Assembly: GCF_006345805.1 (NCBI RefSeq)
Contig: NC_042997.1
Location: 189,472,001 to 189,536,000, forward strand
Length of the DNA: 64,000 nt
Direction of reading: 5' to 3'
Origin: Octopus sinensis
Lineage: Eukaryota
The position numbers and the translations under genes were made by a program. Below are positions 41,066-53,616 of this stretch, piece by piece. Positions within the stretch are counted from its first letter, which is position 1, and every line of letters starts with the position of its first letter. Below the pieces are notes generated by a model that saw nothing but the letters and a program-made list of their open reading frames with translations, had not been told where the DNA came from and searched no databases.

Positions 41066-41532
41066 TCATATAAGAGACAACAGAAAAGCATATCTAGATG
41101 GTTGTTTTATTATTTAGCAGGATAACCATGATAAAATTAACGAATGACGGTACCTCGATAACAAATCAGTAATGAATATTCTAGAAAATTCCTGTTAAAG
41201 AAAACCGATAACTTAAGAGATTTAGCCGCGCTTAAAAGTTTGACGATTAATCGCTGGGAATAATTATCGCCTTATAATAAAAAAAATTTAAAAATTATAC
41301 AAACACGAACGTTTCAATTGGGACATTTTTTAAAGATACTTCAAAAGGGATGTCCTCTCATTTGCAGTTATACATGTTGTGTTTATATATATATGTGAGT
41401 GTGTGTGTGTGTGTGTATGCGTGCGTGTGTGTGTGTGTGTGTATACATAAATATGAATGTGTATGTATGTGTGTAGTACATGCGTGAGTTGTGAGTGTGT
41501 GATTGTAAGTATGCGTACTGAATATATTATAT

Positions 41533-41760
41533 ATTTCTTTATTGCCCACAAGGGGCAAAACATAGAGGGGACAAACAAGGACAGACAAAGGGATTAAGTC
41601 GATTATATCAACTCCAGTGCGTAACTGGTACTTTATTTATCGACCCCGAAAGGATGAAAGGCAAAGTCGACCTCGGCGGAATTTGAACTCAGAACGTAAC
41701 GACAGACGAAATATGGCTACGCATTTCGCCCGGCCTGCTAACGTTTCTGCCAGCTCGCCG
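41533..41760 (-). mobile_element. SINE family B monomer
   Basis: Reverse complement of the family B consensus seen elsewhere in the window. Confidence 0.88.
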
Positions 41761-42302
41761 TACCCACACTTATAGGGTGTGAATTCTCATTGAGCTTCGT
41801 TCTTCAATTTTTTTCCCATTTACATTTAGGAGGCTAGAATGAATTCATGATATTTTGATATCAGCTATGAATAGAACATAAGCTTCCTAACAATAACGGC
41901 AAATGTATACTTATGTACGTTACAACTAATTCCCAAAACAGAATTCAACTAATGAAGTTAACTTAAAGGGGCAACATTTTTGTTTCTTGAACTGAATAAC
42001 TGAATATCATAAAATACACTGATCAACATCACTTTATAAGCAAATACATACGGACATGTACACGAGAGTCTGTGTATGTGGACGTGTTGTAATATATAAA
42101 AGTGTGGTATCTATTTGCATATAATATATATGTGTATGATGGAAAAATATGATTTCCTTTTCCATGCTATGATGTTTATTGTTGTTGTCGTTGGTGGTGG
42201 TGGCTAATATTAATTTTGTAGGTATGAACTTCAGCTGTCGTTCTTGACATAATCTCAGGCTCTATACTTAATGAAGAAATTATTATTATTATTATTATTA
42301 TT

Positions 42303-42855
42303 GAATGAGAGAGCAGTGCATGGCATCAAAGTGACACTGGGGTAAAATATACGAAGCCCAATATACCCATCATGACTACCCATCTGATAAGGGTACACCA
42401 GGCACATGCATCACAACCATATGTGTGCAACATGGTGATCTCATATCAAGATTAACAGCACATGACTTTGCAGGTGGGGCCCGGTTAGAATTTTCTTCAG
42501 GTTGAGTAGCCCATCCCGCTCAAAAGGTCCCTGAATAAGGGTTGTTTAAGGATGTTGAAAGAACCACCCATGTTTCCAGAGGTGAATTATTCAAACCCCA
42601 AAGAATCCCTCTCAACGCATGGCTATGATGCTCCCCCACTGCTTCTGCTTGTAATCAGAGATGCACATATCGTCAGCCACTAAGGGACATGCTCAACTGG
42701 TTAAGGTAAAACAACTGACAAGTAAATTTGTGGTATTGAGCAGAATATTTGCTGTAGCCCATCTTTTATACCAAGACAAAACAATGTACTTGATAACACT
42801 TCCAATCAGTTAAGATCAGAAGCCATGAGAGCCACTGCCTGGTACTGCATCAGGG

Positions 42856-42857
<2 letters not shown>
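42303..42857 (-). mobile_element. ~550-bp (TAA)n-flanked element, copy 2
   Basis: Near-identical to 1454-2007; (TTA)n on both sides. Confidence 0.88.
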
Positions 42858-42926
<69 letters not shown>

Positions 42927-42950
42927 ATTATAATTATTATTATCATCATC

Positions 42951-43031
<81 letters not shown>

Positions 43032-43219
43032 TAATTTTATTTTTATAGCGTGCTTTCACTTCCCTACCGAGCGCAGCTCTGTGTGCCTTGGGTATGTGCT
43101 GTGATTTGTTGTGATGCTCTGATGGTTATTGTATGGAAAGTGTTCTGCGTAGGATGTGTGCAGTGCCTAGTAGTGCAATTTTCTGTATGTTATATGTGTT
43201 TGTAAGTCCTGGTGTTTTG

Positions 43220-43721
43220 TTATGTATTTTTGTCTGAATATTTTTTTATCATGCCTAATGCACCTACTATGATAGGAATTGTTTCTGTTTTCAGGTTCCA
43301 CATTCTAGTTACCTCTATTTCCAGGTCTTTGTATTTTGAGAGTTTCTCCATTTCTTTTAGAGACACGTTGTCATCTGCCGGTATTGATACATCAATTAGA
43401 AAGCATTTTTTTTTCTTCATGATCTCTGACAACTATATCTGGTCTGTTGGCCTTAATTTCTCTATCTGTGTGTATCGGCATATCCCAGAGTATGGTTGCT
43501 TTCTCGTTTTCTGTGACCTTTTCTGGTGTGTGCCTATACCATCTTTTTTCTGTTGTTATTCCATAATGTTGGCATAGCTTCCAATGTATGTAGGTTCCAA
43601 CTCTGTCATGTCTGTGAATATATTCCTTCTTAGCCAGGACTGGGCAGCTAGAGATAATATGATTTATTGTTTCTTGTCCATCTCCACATATTCTGCAGTT
43701 ACTTGTAATATTTCTTTTCAT
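43220..43721 (-). CDS. R4/Dong CCHC zinc knuckle and PD-(D/E)xK restriction-like endonuclease (two frameshifted ORFs 43392-43721 and 43220-43432)
   Basis: CRICG...HIISSC, RHD, ILWDMPIHTDREIKANRPDIVV, LIDVSIP, EKLSKYKDL. Confidence 0.88.
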
Positions 43722-43939
43722 TACATGTTTTGGTAATTCTGGTGGGGAGGCTTTGGTCTTGTGCTGGAATAAAAATCCCTCTGTTCTGCTTTGAGTCCTG
43801 AGCTTCTCACCATTGCTGGGATTTTTCTTTGTCTATTTCTTTTGCGTTTAGTTAGTGCAGTATTTACCATGAAGGGGTTTTTCTTGCCATCGTTTTATCA
43901 TGGCTCGTTGCTGTTCTATTTTAGTTTGGATTTCATGTT

Positions 43940-44878
43940 TTATAGCTTTTGTTGTTTCTTCATCATCTTCTTCTTCTTCTTTGTGTTTATTAGGTGGTAT
44001 GATTTCTTGTTTGTATTTGTCAGCTTCCTTAAATACTGAGAACAGTTTTTGTTTTGCTCGTGTTTTGCTGCCGCTATCTGGATCAGTTTTCCTTCCTTCT
44101 GAAGTAGGTATTTTTGCAGTCCTATGGTGGTTATTTTATAGTAGTTTTCCAGCTGTATAAGGCCTCTACCACCTTCTATACGTTGTATATATAGTCTTTC
44201 TATGTCAGATTTTGGGTGATGCATCCTAGATCCTGTCAGTATTTTTCTTGTTTTCCTATCTATTTTGGACAGTTCATTTCGTGTCCAGTTAAGGATATTG
44301 TAGCTGTAACTTATAACTGGGACAGCTAAAGTGTTGATACCTATTATCTTGTTTTTAGCATTGAGCTCTGTTTTTAGTATTGATCTAACTCGTCTATAAT
44401 ATTCTTTTTTTATTTTCTCTTTCATTTGTGTCTGTTGTGTCTTATCTAGTTCATGGATTCCTAAATATTTGTAAGTTTGGCTTTGGTCTAATTCTTTTAT
44501 TTCATTGGTTTTATCTTGTGTGATGTTGTTACTCTTAACTAGTTTTCCTCTTTTCATGGTTACTTTGGCGCATTTTTCTAATCCAAATTTCATATCTATT
44601 TCTTTGGTAAATCCATGAACTGTCTTTAATAGTGTTTCCAGCTGTTTGTCATTTGCAGCGTATAGTTTTAGGTCATCCATATATAAAAGGTGGCTGATCG
44701 TTTTGCCGTAACATTTATATCCGCATCCAGTTCTATTTAGCATATCAGATAGAGGTGACAGTGCCAAGCAGAAAAGGAGTGGAGAGAGCGTGTCTCCCTG
44801 GAATATTCCTCTTCTAATGGGGATGTCTTTGGTTTTCATGAGTCCCTCTTTTGTTTGGAGGTGTAGGACTGTTGTCAT
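43940..44878 (-). CDS. R4/Dong reverse transcriptase core fragment
   Basis: 312-aa ORF with GIFQGDTLSPLLF, LYMDDLKLY, FGLEKCA, YKYLG, RLYIQRIEGGRGL. Confidence 0.93.
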   Translation of the reverse strand: MTTVLHLQTKEGLMKTKDIPIRRGIFQGDTLSPLLFCLALSPLSDMLNRTGCGYKCYGKTISHLLYMDDLKLYAANDKQLETLLKTVHGFTKEIDMKFGLEKCAKVTMKRGKLVKSNNITQDKTNEIKELDQSQTYKYLGIHELDKTQQTQMKEKIKKEYYRRVRSILKTELNAKNKIIGINTLAVPVISYSYNILNWTRNELSKIDRKTRKILTGSRMHHPKSDIERLYIQRIEGGRGLIQLENYYKITTIGLQKYLLQKEGKLIQIAAAKHEQNKNCSQYLRKLTNTNKKSYHLINTKKKKKMMKKQQKL

Positions 44879-45812
44879 TTATTCATAGAGTGCTCTATGA
44901 ATTTATGATTGTTGGTGCTACTTTGTTAATGGCTAGTGTTTCGAGGATCCATGTGTGGGGGATGCTATCAAACGCCTTTTTGTAGTCAATCCAGGCCATA
45001 CTGGCCTTTCTTCTTTCTGTGGCTGTCTTCAGTTACGGCTTTATTAATCATTAGTTGATCTTTACAGCCATATGAGCCCTTGCGGCATCCTTTCTGCTCT
45101 TCTTGGAACAGTTTGTTTTCGTCCAGGTGCTTGTTCAGCTTTGCGATATCACTGCAGTAAATGCCTTGAACATAGTAGGGAGGCAGGTTATTGGTCTGTA
45201 GTTTTTGGTTTTGTTGTTTCATTTGATTTGGGAATTAAGATGGTTTCCCCTTCGTGAGCCATTCAGGCATTGTCTCTGGCTCTGCTAGTATGCTGTTAAA
45301 GTTTTCAGCCAGCTTTTTGTGCATTCCTGTTAGATATTTCAACCAGAAGTTGGGGATCTTGTCATGCCCAGGTGCCTTCCAGTTGCTTAGTTTTTGCAGT
45401 GCCTGGGTGACCTCTTCAGTTGTTATGGGGGTCCAAAGTTGTTCAGATGCCGAGTTTGTTATTTTCATACTCCTTTTTTTTTGGCTGTTCGTTCGCCGAC
45501 CATATTTCTTTCCAGAATTCTTCCAATTCTTCTGCCGTTGGTGCTGCAGTGACTTCTATTTTATTTTTGCCCAGTTCTTGGTAGAACTTTTTGGGGTCGG
45601 AGTTGAACTTTTTGTTCTGTTCAAAGAAGCGTTGGCGTTTCTCGTACCGGCGGATCCTTTGAGCTTTGGCAAGGATATCTTGCTTCAGCTTTTCTTTTAT
45701 TTCAGGTAAGTCTTTTTCTGTGATGTTATATTTGCGGGGTATTTTTGTTTTCTTTTTGTTGCTCAGTAGCGTTGATTGTCTACTGATTTCATTAAGAATC
45801 GACAGGTCTTTT

Positions 45813-46754
45813 CTAATTTTTTTTATTTTTTTGGATGTTATTTATCCACAGGGTTTGTTTGGGTGTGGTACTCTGTTTGGGCGGTTTGGGTGAGTATCCA
45901 GCTTCTTTTGTGGCTGCAGTGGCTGCTGCGTATATCAAGTCATTTAGTTCAGTGATATCACTTTTTTTTGTTTCAGTGGCTAGTTCAGTGACGGCTAGGT
46001 TTATGTTGTTTATAATTGGTGTTGTTATTGCGTTTATTTTTATTCTTGGGAGGTATGGTCGGTGGTCCATTTTGAGCTCTGTGGTTTTTAGTTCTTTGAT
46101 TATTTTATTTTTTATATTATCATAATCATTAGGCTCCCCTTCGTTGTTTACATCGTGTTTGTTGGGAATGTTGCGTTTGTCTTCGTGTTTTACAGTTTCA
46201 GTGTTTATATTATTGGGCATTGTTGTGTGGCTTCTATCTACATTTTCCTGGTGTATTTTTTCTTTTAAATGTTCTATTTCTATTTCTGATATTTTTTTGG
46301 CTTTGAGAATGTATCTTCGTACGTTAGCTAATTTATTAGGGTTCATTGCTGTATCCAAGTCTATATCTCTATTATTTTCTTTCCATATTTTATATGTATG
46401 TGTTGTTCTATTTTCATTTTGTGGGTAGAGCATTGCTGTGAAGTATGCGTGTAAGATAGAAATGTATTCTTCACGTGTCCATTTACGTCTTTTGGGTTTT
46501 AATTGCGGGACATGAGGTACAACGTCCGGCCCATTATTTTGACGGTCGTCATTTTCGTAGGGTACCGGTCCGTTTATTTCTGTTGTCACATTATTTCGCA
46601 GGTGTAGTTTTTCGTACATTTTTTGTTGTAGGTTTAATGTACGTACCGCTCGATTGTTATTCTTGGGTTGAATAGTATCGGTGGCATTTAATTTCTTCGT
46701 AGTTCCTTTGTACATGGTGTTTGAGGTCGGGGATGATCGTGTTGTTCCACGCAT
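45813..46754 (-). CDS. R4/Dong ORF N-terminal region
   Basis: 313-aa ORF with RRKWTREEY..I..AY, also seen in the second family at 47723-47800; upstream of and colinear with the RT fragments. Confidence 0.75.
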   Translation of the reverse strand: MRGTTRSSPTSNTMYKGTTKKLNATDTIQPKNNNRAVRTLNLQQKMYEKLHLRNNVTTEINGPVPYENDDRQNNGPDVVPHVPQLKPKRRKWTREEYISILHAYFTAMLYPQNENRTTHTYKIWKENNRDIDLDTAMNPNKLANVRRYILKAKKISEIEIEHLKEKIHQENVDRSHTTMPNNINTETVKHEDKRNIPNKHDVNNEGEPNDYDNIKNKIIKELKTTELKMDHRPYLPRIKINAITTPIINNINLAVTELATETKKSDITELNDLIYAAATAATKEAGYSPKPPKQSTTPKQTLWINNIQKNKKN

Positions 46755-46996
46755 GTTTACATGTGTTGTGTTAGAGGTGGAGATAATATCGAGTCAAAAT
46801 ACATCATTTCGTTTCGAAAATAGTAATAAATTTCAATTCGTATTACTTACTCGGCTATAGTCCAATTCCTTGTTAGTAAATCTTTGGCTCCATAGGGTGT
46901 CCTTGTTTTCGATGTTTGTGGATAGATTTCGGAGCCCTGTATTTTCCTTCTTACATCTTAAACGTCCCCGGTGTCCTTATTATTATTATTATTATT

Positions 46997-47438
46997 GAGT
47001 GAGAGAGCAGTGCATGCCATCAAAGTGACACTGGGGTAAAATATACGAAGCCCAATATACCCATCATGACTACCCGTCTGATAAAGGTACACCAGGCACA
47101 TGCATCACAACCATATGTGCGCGACATGGTGATCTCATATCAAGATAAACAGCACATGACCTTGCAGGTGGGGCCCAGTTAGAATTTTTATCAGGTTGAG
47201 TAGCCCATCCCGCTCAAAAGGTCCCTGAATAAGGGTTGTTTAAGGATGTTGAAAGAGGCACCCATGTTTCCAGAGGTGAATTATTCAAACCCCAAAGAAT
47301 CCCTCTCAACACATGGCTATGATGCTCCCCCACTACTTCTGCTCGTGATCAGAGATGCACATATCGTCAGCCACTAAGGGACATGCTCAACTGGTTAAGG
47401 TCAAACAACTGACAAGCAAATCTGTGGTATTGAGCAGA

Positions 47439-47440
<2 letters not shown>
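46997..47440 (-). mobile_element. ~550-bp (TAA)n-flanked element, copy 3 (truncated at inferred 5' end)
   Basis: Near-identical to the first ~445 bp of 1454-2007. Confidence 0.88.
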
Positions 47441-47479
<39 letters not shown>

Positions 47480-47722
47480 CATTTGGGGCAGGTTCACTCT
47501 TATTCCTGGCAGGATTTATGTGGGTAGCGAGTTATTACCGTAAACATAAGTATCCCCTAGTTTTCAGCTGTCTTTCAAGTGATAAGAACCCTCCTGATAA
47601 TCCTTGCTGTTCCCAGGAGATAAACTTTCTGTAGGAAGTCTATAATAATAATGATAATAATAATAATATAATAATAATAATATAATAATAATAATAAATA
47701 ATAATATAATATAATAATAATA

Positions 47723-48120
47723 AGCGTATATTACTTCTTTATACTCTTCTCGGGTCCATTTGTTCCGCTTAGATTTTTCTTTCTGTGGTGGTTGTGGTGG
47801 TGAACTTGGAGGGCTCGAGTTGCGGAATTTCCCGTTCAAGTGACCATCCATGTCCGTATTCGGAGAAGAGTTTGTGCCAGTTGATGACTTTTCAATCCCA
47901 GGCTGGCTCTTCCCTGGGGGACGCGCCCCCAGATTAACCATAGGACAAGCGATTTGGTATACTGATTTAGTTTTCCTTTTAGTGTAAAAAAAAAAAAATG
48001 AACGAACTGGTGAGTTTAGTTTAATGGCCTACCAATGTATACTATGAGTTTCTTTGCCCTAGGAGTCGGGAAGACACTCGGCAAGAAATGGAAGCAAATT
48101 TGAAAGAAGAAAAACCCAAA
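47723..48120 (-). mobile_element. 5' fragment of a second R4/Dong-like family
   Basis: Reads ...KSKRNKWTREEYKEVIYAYYY, homologous to KRRKWTREEYISILHAYF of the 46.7-kb element. Confidence 0.65.
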
Positions 48121-48132
48121 AATAATAATAAT

Positions 48133-48186
<54 letters not shown>

Positions 48187-48385
48187 TATTATTATTATTA
48201 TGTTATTATTATTATTATTATAATTATTATTATAATTATTATTATAATTATTATTATAATTATAATAATAATAATAATAATAATAATAATTATTATTATT
48301 ATTATTATCATTATTATTATTATTTATTATTATTATTATTATTATATTATTATTATATTATTATTATATTATTATTATTATTATA
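48121..48385. repeat. (AAT)n/(TTA)n array with polarity switches
   Basis: Direct reading. Confidence 0.95.
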
Positions 48386-48740
48386 TGTTTGAATTTTGCT
48401 TTGTTTTTGTACAAGTTGACTCCAAGTCTCACCCAGGGACCTCAAGAGACAAGTTAGAAGTTCAATTCTGTGTTATACCTCGGGTGTGATATATTTGGTT
48501 TTGCACAAAGTATTGTTCTAGAGAATGTTTATGAAAACATAAGAAAATTATGTTTGTTTAAAATTTGAGATTACATAGACAGTATTTTACATAGGATATG
48601 GGAAGTTCCCATGAGCACTATCTCTTGAATTTCTGCCATTTTGGGGTTTCCTGGTATCTGAGTTAGGTAGGAATCAACCCCTTTTGCTACCATTCCTATG
48701 ACTACAAGTATTGTTTTAGCCTTGAGGTTCCACATTTTGC

Positions 48741-48745
<5 letters not shown>
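48386..48745 (-). mobile_element. 3' end of an R4/Dong-like element related to the copies at 56711 and 57507
   Basis: Reverse complement aligns by eye with 57075-57444 (MWNLK..TI.VV.G...EIQ.IVLMGT.HIL and 3' UTR). Confidence 0.8.
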
Positions 48746-48801
<56 letters not shown>

Positions 48802-48838
48802 GTCGTCGTCGTCGTCGTCGTCCTCATCATTATTATTA

Positions 48839-49520
48839 TTATTGTCTTTGCACAGCTTCTAACGCTGGAGATGTACTACAGTGCCAGCTGTTCACTACCA
48901 GTGAATTTAGGTAACACCCCTTATTTTTCGAGCACCATCCGGAGTATTCGACCGGTTCCAAGCAGTGCCAGTGCTCCACCCTTATTGCAGCCACTATTTG
49001 TTCCACGTACTTCTCAAGATTTCTACTCACTATTCCCACTGCATCGACAATTATTGGTGCTACTACCACCTCCTTCAGCGATCATAACTGCTTAACCTCC
49101 CAAGCTAACCTGTCATATCTATCGACTTTTCTTTCTTCCATATCGCAGCTGGGCATGCTGTATCGATAATCCAACATCGTTTGCTTTCTTTCTCAATAAC
49201 ACTATATCTGGCTTCCTATTCTCTATTACATGGTCGAACTGAATCATAAATTCCCATAGGATCTTTGCATTACCATTTTCGATGATGCCTTCGGGTCTAT
49301 CTTCGTACCACGTTTTGCTCTGTTAAGTTCATACTTGTTGCAAGGTATCCAATGAACAATCCTTGCTATGCTGTCATGCCGTCTCTTATATTCTTTTGGG
49401 GCTAGTTGCGTATATTAACTGTTAATATGCCATACGGTTTCACCATTTTGTCCACAAATTCTGCACTTATCACTTTCTGATGTGTTGTCTATTCTGTATT
49501 TTATGTAATTGGTTCTTAAT
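48839..49520 (-). mobile_element. 3' fragment of a third R4/Dong-like family
   Basis: Minus strand has CRICGQNGETVWHI.S.C..L....Y.RRHDSIARIVHW.L, ILW.F.IQFDH..ENRKPDIV..., ALLGT.RILR remnants; (TAA)n tail. Confidence 0.75.
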
Positions 49521-49543
49521 GCTTGCTCTTGGGTAGCACAGAT

Positions 49544-49574
49544 TCTTCTTCTTCTTCTTCTTCTTCTTCTTCTT

Positions 49575-49605
<31 letters not shown>

Positions 49606-49652
49606 TTCTTCTTCTTCTTCTTCTTCTTCTTCTCTTCTTCTTCTTCTTCTTC

Positions 49653-49693
<41 letters not shown>
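49544..49693. repeat. (TCT)n then (TTA)n microsatellite
   Basis: Direct reading. Confidence 0.95.
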
Positions 49694-49696
<3 letters not shown>

Positions 49697-50066
49697 TCCG
49701 CCTTAGCTAAGGTGGAGGCATTGTTTTTCAGTCGTGTTTGATTATTTGTTTGTCCGTGGACAAGATATCTCAAGAATCGCTGTATAGATTCGGATGAAAC
49801 TTTCAGGTATGTTTGGCCTCGTGACTGACACGAACTGATTAGATTTTGGGATCGATCTGGTGCTGGAAAAGGATTCTGGATTATTTTTCTTGATTTTCAA
49901 TTAATTTTTTTTAGAGCGGCTGGGTTCGTTTTTAATATTCTCTTTTGTGAGGAGAGCAGTCGAATTTATTTCAGATATTCTCATTTTAGAAATCCTCTCT
50001 GGTTAATCGTTGAGAGGAGGACGTTGGTGTTGCCTTGGCGGAGGTTTGCGCTCTCTGAGTGCTCTT
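49694..50066 (+). mobile_element. Helentron-type non-autonomous element (HINE/DINE-1-like)
   Basis: Subterminal inverted repeat cctccgcc...ggcggagg and 3' hairpin gcgctc-tct-gagtgc, inserted in a T-rich context. Confidence 0.65.
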
Positions 50067-50539
50067 GTTATAATTATAATTATCCTTACTACCATTACCA
50101 TTATCAAGATTCCATAACAGGTTGTGGTAAAATTAGGATTTCAAGAGTTCCTGCATCAAGATTTCCGCTACAAAGATTTTCGGTACCGGTGATAGGGCGG
50201 GATTGGGTGGGCGCACCATAGGCAAGCATGTTTCTAACATTGATGAGAGAATAAACACCAAACAAAAATAGAAACATATCCACCATTATTAAATGATGAG
50301 AGAAAACCAAACTAAATTTATCTAAAATTACATTCAACTAACTTACTAACGTTGATAAGGAAGAGGAAACAAATGTTTTTAATCTGCATTTTGTGTATTG
50401 TATATGGAAATATTAGCCCTTGTTTTGACTTGACAATATAACCAAAATTGAAACACAACTTCAAAACAAAAGCTTTTAACATAAGAAACGCTAAATCATT
50501 GGTATGCAAATTTCAAACGTTGAGGGAAATGTGAAAGGA

Positions 50540-52075
50540 AATAAACTAGAACTACATATCCACTATACCAGGTAAGAAAGCTTCCAGCGACGAAGTGAAA
50601 GAGGGTTTGCCTGCGCTTATACTCTTTTTTTTTTGTGCTAGCTTACTGCACTCGTTCAAGAGATAACTAATAGTTTCGTCTCCTTTCCTGTAGATTCTAC
50701 ATTTATTGTGTGACTGAGTTTTGTCGATCTTTGCCTTTATCAAATTTTATCATCATCATCATCATTTTCATCAAGTTAGTACATGCTAATTTAATTAGTT
50801 GGAATGTTATCTCGAGGTTTGGTGACAAGTCTACTCAGATACCAAGAATCTTAGGATTTTTTACACAATACAGGATGGTACTTTTCTGCTAGTCGACAAT
50901 GCGAGTCTTAATTCCAATATCTTTCAGTCTTTTAAGTAGCATTTTGGTTGTTGTGACAAGTACACAGAAATAATTGTCTCTTCAACTCTCTGATTAGACA
51001 CTGATATTTCTAATCTGTTATCATAAGTAATTGCAAAGTCTATGATCTCACATTGTTAATTTTGTCTTCTATAATCATACCTGATCTTCTTACTTCAGAA
51101 GTATGGTCAGGTTTTATGGGAAAGTCCCATAAGTTGCTGTAATTCTTATTGTGTCACAGCCTCTGGTTCGTTTTCATACCACTTCCCTGTTATTTGGAAG
51201 TCACTCTCTCGATTAATATTCATTCCATTGCAATTTTTTACCTACATAGTCATGACTGCGCTTATACACTGTTTGTACTAGCTTACTACACTCACTCAAG
51301 AGATGGTTAATATTTTTGTCTCCTTTCCGGCAGATTCGACACTTGTTGCCTGGCTGAGTTTTGTTGATCTTTGCTTTTATCAAATTTTTCCTAATTGCTT
51401 GTTCCTGACTGACTGTAATTAGGGCTTCGGCCTCTCGTTTCAGGTTTTTGCCCGTCAGCCATAGCTAGCGTTCTTTATTTCCAACATCCTAGGTTTGTTG
51501 CATGAATTAGCCATGTACTTCCATTACTTTCTGTTTACTCGTTTTGTTGTTCTTCTTCCTGTTCTTGAATTCTCATATTGTTTCAGCAACTTTTGGGGTT
51601 TCCCTAGCAGTCAATAGTTTCTTTCTTCACTCCAAACAACATAATTTTTCGAAACTAATATAGCAGTGCTAATAGTGTCTTCTGCGTTTAGTCCTTTAAT
51701 CCTTTGTCTATAGCAATGACGACCGTTTCTTACTGACTGCATAGAAAATGGAACGTCAATATGGATAACAAAAGGAAAGACATTTCTGCTAGTGAAGGAC
51801 AAAGAAAACAGAGGAGAAGTCAGCAATTATAAACCTATTAATTGTTTACCATTACACTGGAAGTTATTAGTAAATGGCTTCATAGCAGATGAAATGTATA
51901 ACTTTCTAGAAAATAATTTATTGCCAGAGGAGCAAAAATGTTGCGGATGAAGTCAAGAGGAAGTGCTGATCTGCTGATCTGCTGTCTATTGATTGTAGGA
52001 TATTGAATGAGTAAGAAAGAATAACTTAGCTGTTGGCTGGATAGTTTACAAGGAACCTTATGCAATGTTTCATAT
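50540..52075 (-). mobile_element. Older, rearranged R4/Dong-like fragments
   Basis: IKAKIDKTQSHNKCRI..KGDETI..LL.ECSKL occurs twice (~50600-50740, ~51290-51400); NYKPINCLP and EEQKCCG...RGSADLL remnants at ~51800-51980. Confidence 0.65.
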
Positions 52076-52296
52076 CGGGGGCGGCACTTGTTAAATTAAT
52101 TGCCACTAGTGAATAACGTTAGTCGGTAAATCAACAAAACACCCACTTTGATAATATGTGGTGACTGTTTGATTTGTGTATGTAATAAGATCTTTTACGA
52201 TCCAAACTGATTATTGCATTATGTTCGAAGTGATTTTGAACAAATTTATAATAAAATACTGTGGACAATTATATCGACTTTTCTGAAGGAATATCT

Positions 52297-53616
52297 TACA
52301 AGGGTTACTCAAAAGTAACCGGAAACGTTCATTGTAGTTCGGGCTTCTGCCGCTAGAAGCCAATTGATGCAACCCTCAGGCATCCGTCTGCCGATTGGCG
52401 ACGTCTTCCAACTGGCGTCGTCTGCCAACTGGAGTCATCTGTCGACTGGAGTCGTCTGCTGAATTCGTACTGCTACGTGGTGCACCTTTGTTTTGCAGTG
52501 CTTCTTCTCTCTTCGTCGATTTTTGCGATGACTGAAACGAAAGAACAGCGTGCTTCCATGAAATTCTGCTTTCTGCCGGAGAAAACTGCGGCCGGGAGAG
52601 TTGCCATACCTCAAACAACTTCCCATGAGCAAAACACAAGTTTACGAGTGGTGAGTGTTTTTTACGCTTAAGGAATGATCACTTTTCGCTTGAAGACCAA
52701 CCTCGTTCAGGGCAACCGTCGACATCCCGAACGAATGAAAAGATCCCGAAAATTCATGAATTGATCTTGACAAACTTTTTGATATGACTGGCGTGTCATG
52801 GAGCTCATTGCCAACGAATTTTGAGCAAGGAATTGTGATTGAAAAGAGTTGCAACAAAATTTGTGCCTCGCTTGCTCACAGAATACCAAAAGCAGTCACG
52901 ACTGAATGCGTGTCGTAAACTGAAAGAACAACTGGAAGTTGATCAGGACTTTTTTCGAAAGCTGGTGCTACGGTTACGACTCGGAAATGAAGCAGCAATC
53001 AAGTCAATGGAAACAGTCGATGTCACCACGCACCCCCACCAAAAGCGCGTCAAGTGAAGTCCAATGTCAAGACGATGCTGATTTGTTTCATCGATGCGAA
53101 AGGATTCGTCCCCACAAAATTTTTTCCTCCTTGTCAAAATTTTAGCCAGACATTTTACTTAGTGGCTTTGAAGCATTTGCGAGACGCGGTGAAACGAAAA
53201 CGCTGCGACCTGTGGCAAAATGGAGAGTGGTGGTGTCATCACAGCAATACGCCTGCGCACACCGCCTTGAGTGTGAAACAGTTTTTGACCAAAAATGGCA
53301 TGATCCCGATTACCCACCGTCCCTATTCACTCGATGTTGTTCCCTGCGACATTTTTTGTTTCCTCGAATGAAAAAGATCCTTAAAGAAAAATGTTTTGCA
53401 GATGTGGAAGAAGTGAAGAAAAAACAACGACGCAGGCGTTAAACGGCATCATTTCGCAAGAGCTCCAGGACTGCTTCGAAGTGTGGAAACGCGTCTGGAC
53501 CGATGCATTGCTTGAAATGGAGATTTATTTGAAGCCGGTAAAAGTGTAAACATGTAAAACGAAGTGAATAAAATAATATTGCAAAATTCCGGTTTCTTTT
53601 GGGTACCCGCTCGTTT
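52297..53616 (+). mobile_element. Mariner element, decayed, with both TIRs
   Basis: TIRs tacaagggttactcaaaagtaaccggaa / ttccggtttcttttgggtacccgctcgt; fragments KFVPRLLT, WCYGYDSEMKQQSSQW, KTMLICFIDAKG, HHSNTPAH, PYSLDVVPCD. Confidence 0.9.

Larger units (their letters stand above)
43029..46977 (-). mobile_element. Near full-length R4/Dong-clade non-LTR retrotransposon (RT + CCHC + restriction-like endonuclease) in a (TAA)n array
   Basis: RT motifs NYRPITCL, EEQKGCRKGSYGCKDQL, GIFQGDTLSP, HLLYMDDLKL, YKYLG; CRICGDGQETINHIISSC; HRHD; RPDIVV..CFLIDVS...EKLSKYKDL; (TAA)n at both ends. Confidence 0.93.

Noticed and set aside
46760-46977. HDV-like ribozyme in the R4/Dong 5' UTR
   Set aside because: A ggctcc/ggagcc pairing exists, but the nested double-pseudoknot (P1.1, P2, P3, catalytic C) could not be assembled.
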